This document shows positions 25,563 through 26,634 of a stretch of 26,634 bases of DNA, one piece after another. The position numbers and the translations under genes were made by a program. The number at the start of each line of letters is the position of its first letter. The stretch's first letter is position 1. The DNA comes from a virus (lineage: Duplodnaviria > Heunggongvirae > Uroviricota > Caudoviricetes), in IMG/VR virus record IMGVR_UViG_638341087_000020, positions 1-26,634 of that record. The stretch is one strand, 5' to 3'. The notes under the pieces were generated by a model, which saw nothing but the letters and a program-made list of their open reading frames with translations, made no database searches and was not told the DNA's origin.

Positions 25563-25600
25563 CGAAAAAAAACCCGCACATCAGCGGGTTTTCTACTTTT
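25563..25600. terminator. Intrinsic terminator hairpin flanked by A- and T-tracts (candidate tR'-like late terminator; potentially bidirectional)
   Basis: AAAAAAAA-ACCCGC-ACATCA-GCGGGT-TTTCTACTTTTT on the plus strand. On the minus strand the hairpin is followed by TTTTTTTT, about 100 nt downstream of the Q-like stop. Confidence 0.5.
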
Positions 25601-25637
25601 TATTAAAGCCGGACACACAATGCCCATCATTGAGAAA

Positions 25638-25666
25638 ACATTATCCATTTTTTTTGAAAAATGCAA
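25638..25666 (-). promoter_or_regulatory. Candidate late promoter (pR'-like) downstream of the Q-like gene
   Basis: Minus strand TTGCAT, 17-nt spacer, TAATGT (alternatively TGgATAAT), between the Q-like stop and the terminator hairpin. Weak match, placed mainly by position. Confidence 0.25.
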
Positions 25667-25697
25667 GCATCATGTCGCCATTTTCGTCGAAAATCAT

Positions 25698-26450
25698 TCA
25701 TCTCGTCACTTTCCTCAATTGTGTCTCAGCATACGCTTCTTCCTGCCAGCACTTTGTAACCAGTTTATCAATGACATTTGCATATCCTTTGTACCACTGA
25801 TAATCAGTCAGGTCCGGTACCAGCTTCTGGACATGATGCCGCGCCAGTGTTGTTGGTAAACGACTAAACCGTTTTCCATTGCAACGCCCACAAATCTTAT
25901 AAACAGGTGTGCCATGAAGCCGGGTCCTTTTTTCATCCAGGACAATACCTTTACCCTTACACCCTCTGCACGCTGTGCTGACTTCTCCCTTACCATGACA
26001 ATGCTGACATAGTTCCTTCACCCACTCTTCCTTGATAACAGATTCCCCGCTTCTGGAGTGCTTCACCACTTCGCGCAATACATTCTGAAATCCAGTACCA
26101 GCACAATGCTCACAGCGAGCCTTACTTGCCGCAGACCTGGAATAATCAGCAAAGGCAAAATTCACAAGGTAAGGGATGATCTGTAACCGGATTTCTTCAC
26201 TCAATTTGTTCAATGTCGGGTTATCCAGTGCCATCGCGTAATTGAGCAGACCTTCAATCGCAAACTGAGGATCCTGAACGCCAACTTTTGCCAGGAATAA
26301 GGCAAACCCAAGCGGTGCTTTCGACTGCACCATCCCCTGTGCAGCCATCACATCCGTAATCGTTAAACCACCTGAGCCTGTCGCCGGTGCGTCATCACTC
26401 AATTTTGGAGATTTTGGGGAGTAATATTTTGGTAAGGCTTCAAAGTTCAT
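25698..26450 (-). CDS. Late antiterminator Q-like protein candidate (zinc-finger protein, about 250-aa Q class)
   Basis: 250-aa ORF with GGAG 7 nt upstream. Four CxxCxGxG/R zinc-finger-like repeats (CEHCAGTG, CQHCHGKG, CRGCKGKG, CGRCNGKR). Located immediately upstream of a promoter/terminator pair and the lysis cassette, where lambdoid phages carry Q. Confidence 0.5.
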   Translation of the reverse strand: MNFEALPKYYSPKSPKLSDDAPATGSGGLTITDVMAAQGMVQSKAPLGFALFLAKVGVQDPQFAIEGLLNYAMALDNPTLNKLSEEIRLQIIPYLVNFAFADYSRSAASKARCEHCAGTGFQNVLREVVKHSRSGESVIKEEWVKELCQHCHGKGEVSTACRGCKGKGIVLDEKRTRLHGTPVYKICGRCNGKRFSRLPTTLARHHVQKLVPDLTDYQWYKGYANVIDKLVTKCWQEEAYAETQLRKVTR

Positions 26451-26463
26451 GCTCGTTCTCCAC

Positions 26464-26634
26464 TTACGCCAGTACGCCTATTGCCAGCGCACGATCGATA
26501 AAACGAAATATCAGCTCCAGCTGGGAGCCATACTTCTCTTCAAATGCCACGGTATCCGCATGCAGCTCGTCGTGATGCTTTCTGCACAAAGGCAACACAA
26601 AGAGGTCATGCGCTTTTGTACCCATTCCACCCTG
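26464..26634 (-). CDS. C-terminal fragment of a nin-region-like gene (truncated by window edge)
   Basis: Hand-translated frame open to the window edge: ..KAHDLFVLPLCRKHHDELHADTVAFEEKYGSQLELIFRFIDRALAIGVLA, ending at TAA 13 nt before the Q-like start. Confidence 0.4.
   Translation of the reverse strand, partial: QGGMGTKAHDLFVLPLCRKHHDELHADTVAFEEKYGSQLELIFRFIDRALAIGVLA

Noticed and set aside
25485-25859. Plus-strand ORF 25485-25859 (124 aa)
   Set aside because: It spans the terminator hairpin and runs antisense into the Q-like gene; phenylalanine-rich translation typical of AT-rich non-coding sequence.
1-26634. CRISPR arrays, tRNA or rRNA genes, IS elements
   Set aside because: No regularly spaced direct repeats, no tRNA-like T-arm or acceptor patterns, and no transposase-like ORFs or terminal inverted repeats were found on reading the window.

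Overview
The window is almost entirely the late region of an intact-looking, mosaic temperate phage (prophage) of an enterobacterial host, with nearly all genes on the minus strand. In transcription order (high to low coordinates): a partial nin-region gene and a Q-like antiterminator with candidate late promoter and terminator (25.6-26.6 kb); an AT-rich cargo insert (GNAT-fold-like gene plus small Gns-like gene) next to a 5'-truncated DNA methyltransferase remnant (23.9-25.5 kb); holin, lambda R-type endolysin and overlapping Rz/Rz1 spanins; an opposite-strand AT-rich moron; a packaging HNH endonuclease, candidate cos, TerS and TerL; HK97-type portal, prohead protease and major capsid; head-tail joining genes; a contractile tail (sheath, tube, frameshifted chaperone, tape measure); a Mu-like baseplate (gp43-gp48 homologues); a tail fibre with a Pin/Gin-type invertible host-range segment and its serine invertase; and an AT-rich HNH-domain cargo gene at the element's end. 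The layout resembles a complete relative of the defective e14 element of E. coli K-12 (the family assignment is from memory of protein families, not a search). No rRNA, tRNA or CRISPR array was seen. I cannot show a multi-gene novel system; the best candidates for undescribed biology are three cargo loci: the HNH-domain gene beside the invertase (437-1225), the two-gene AT-rich insert between Q and the lysis cassette (24567-25486), and the opposite-strand moron (21838-22233). All functional calls rest on reading the translations by eye and remembered motifs; no database search or computation was run.
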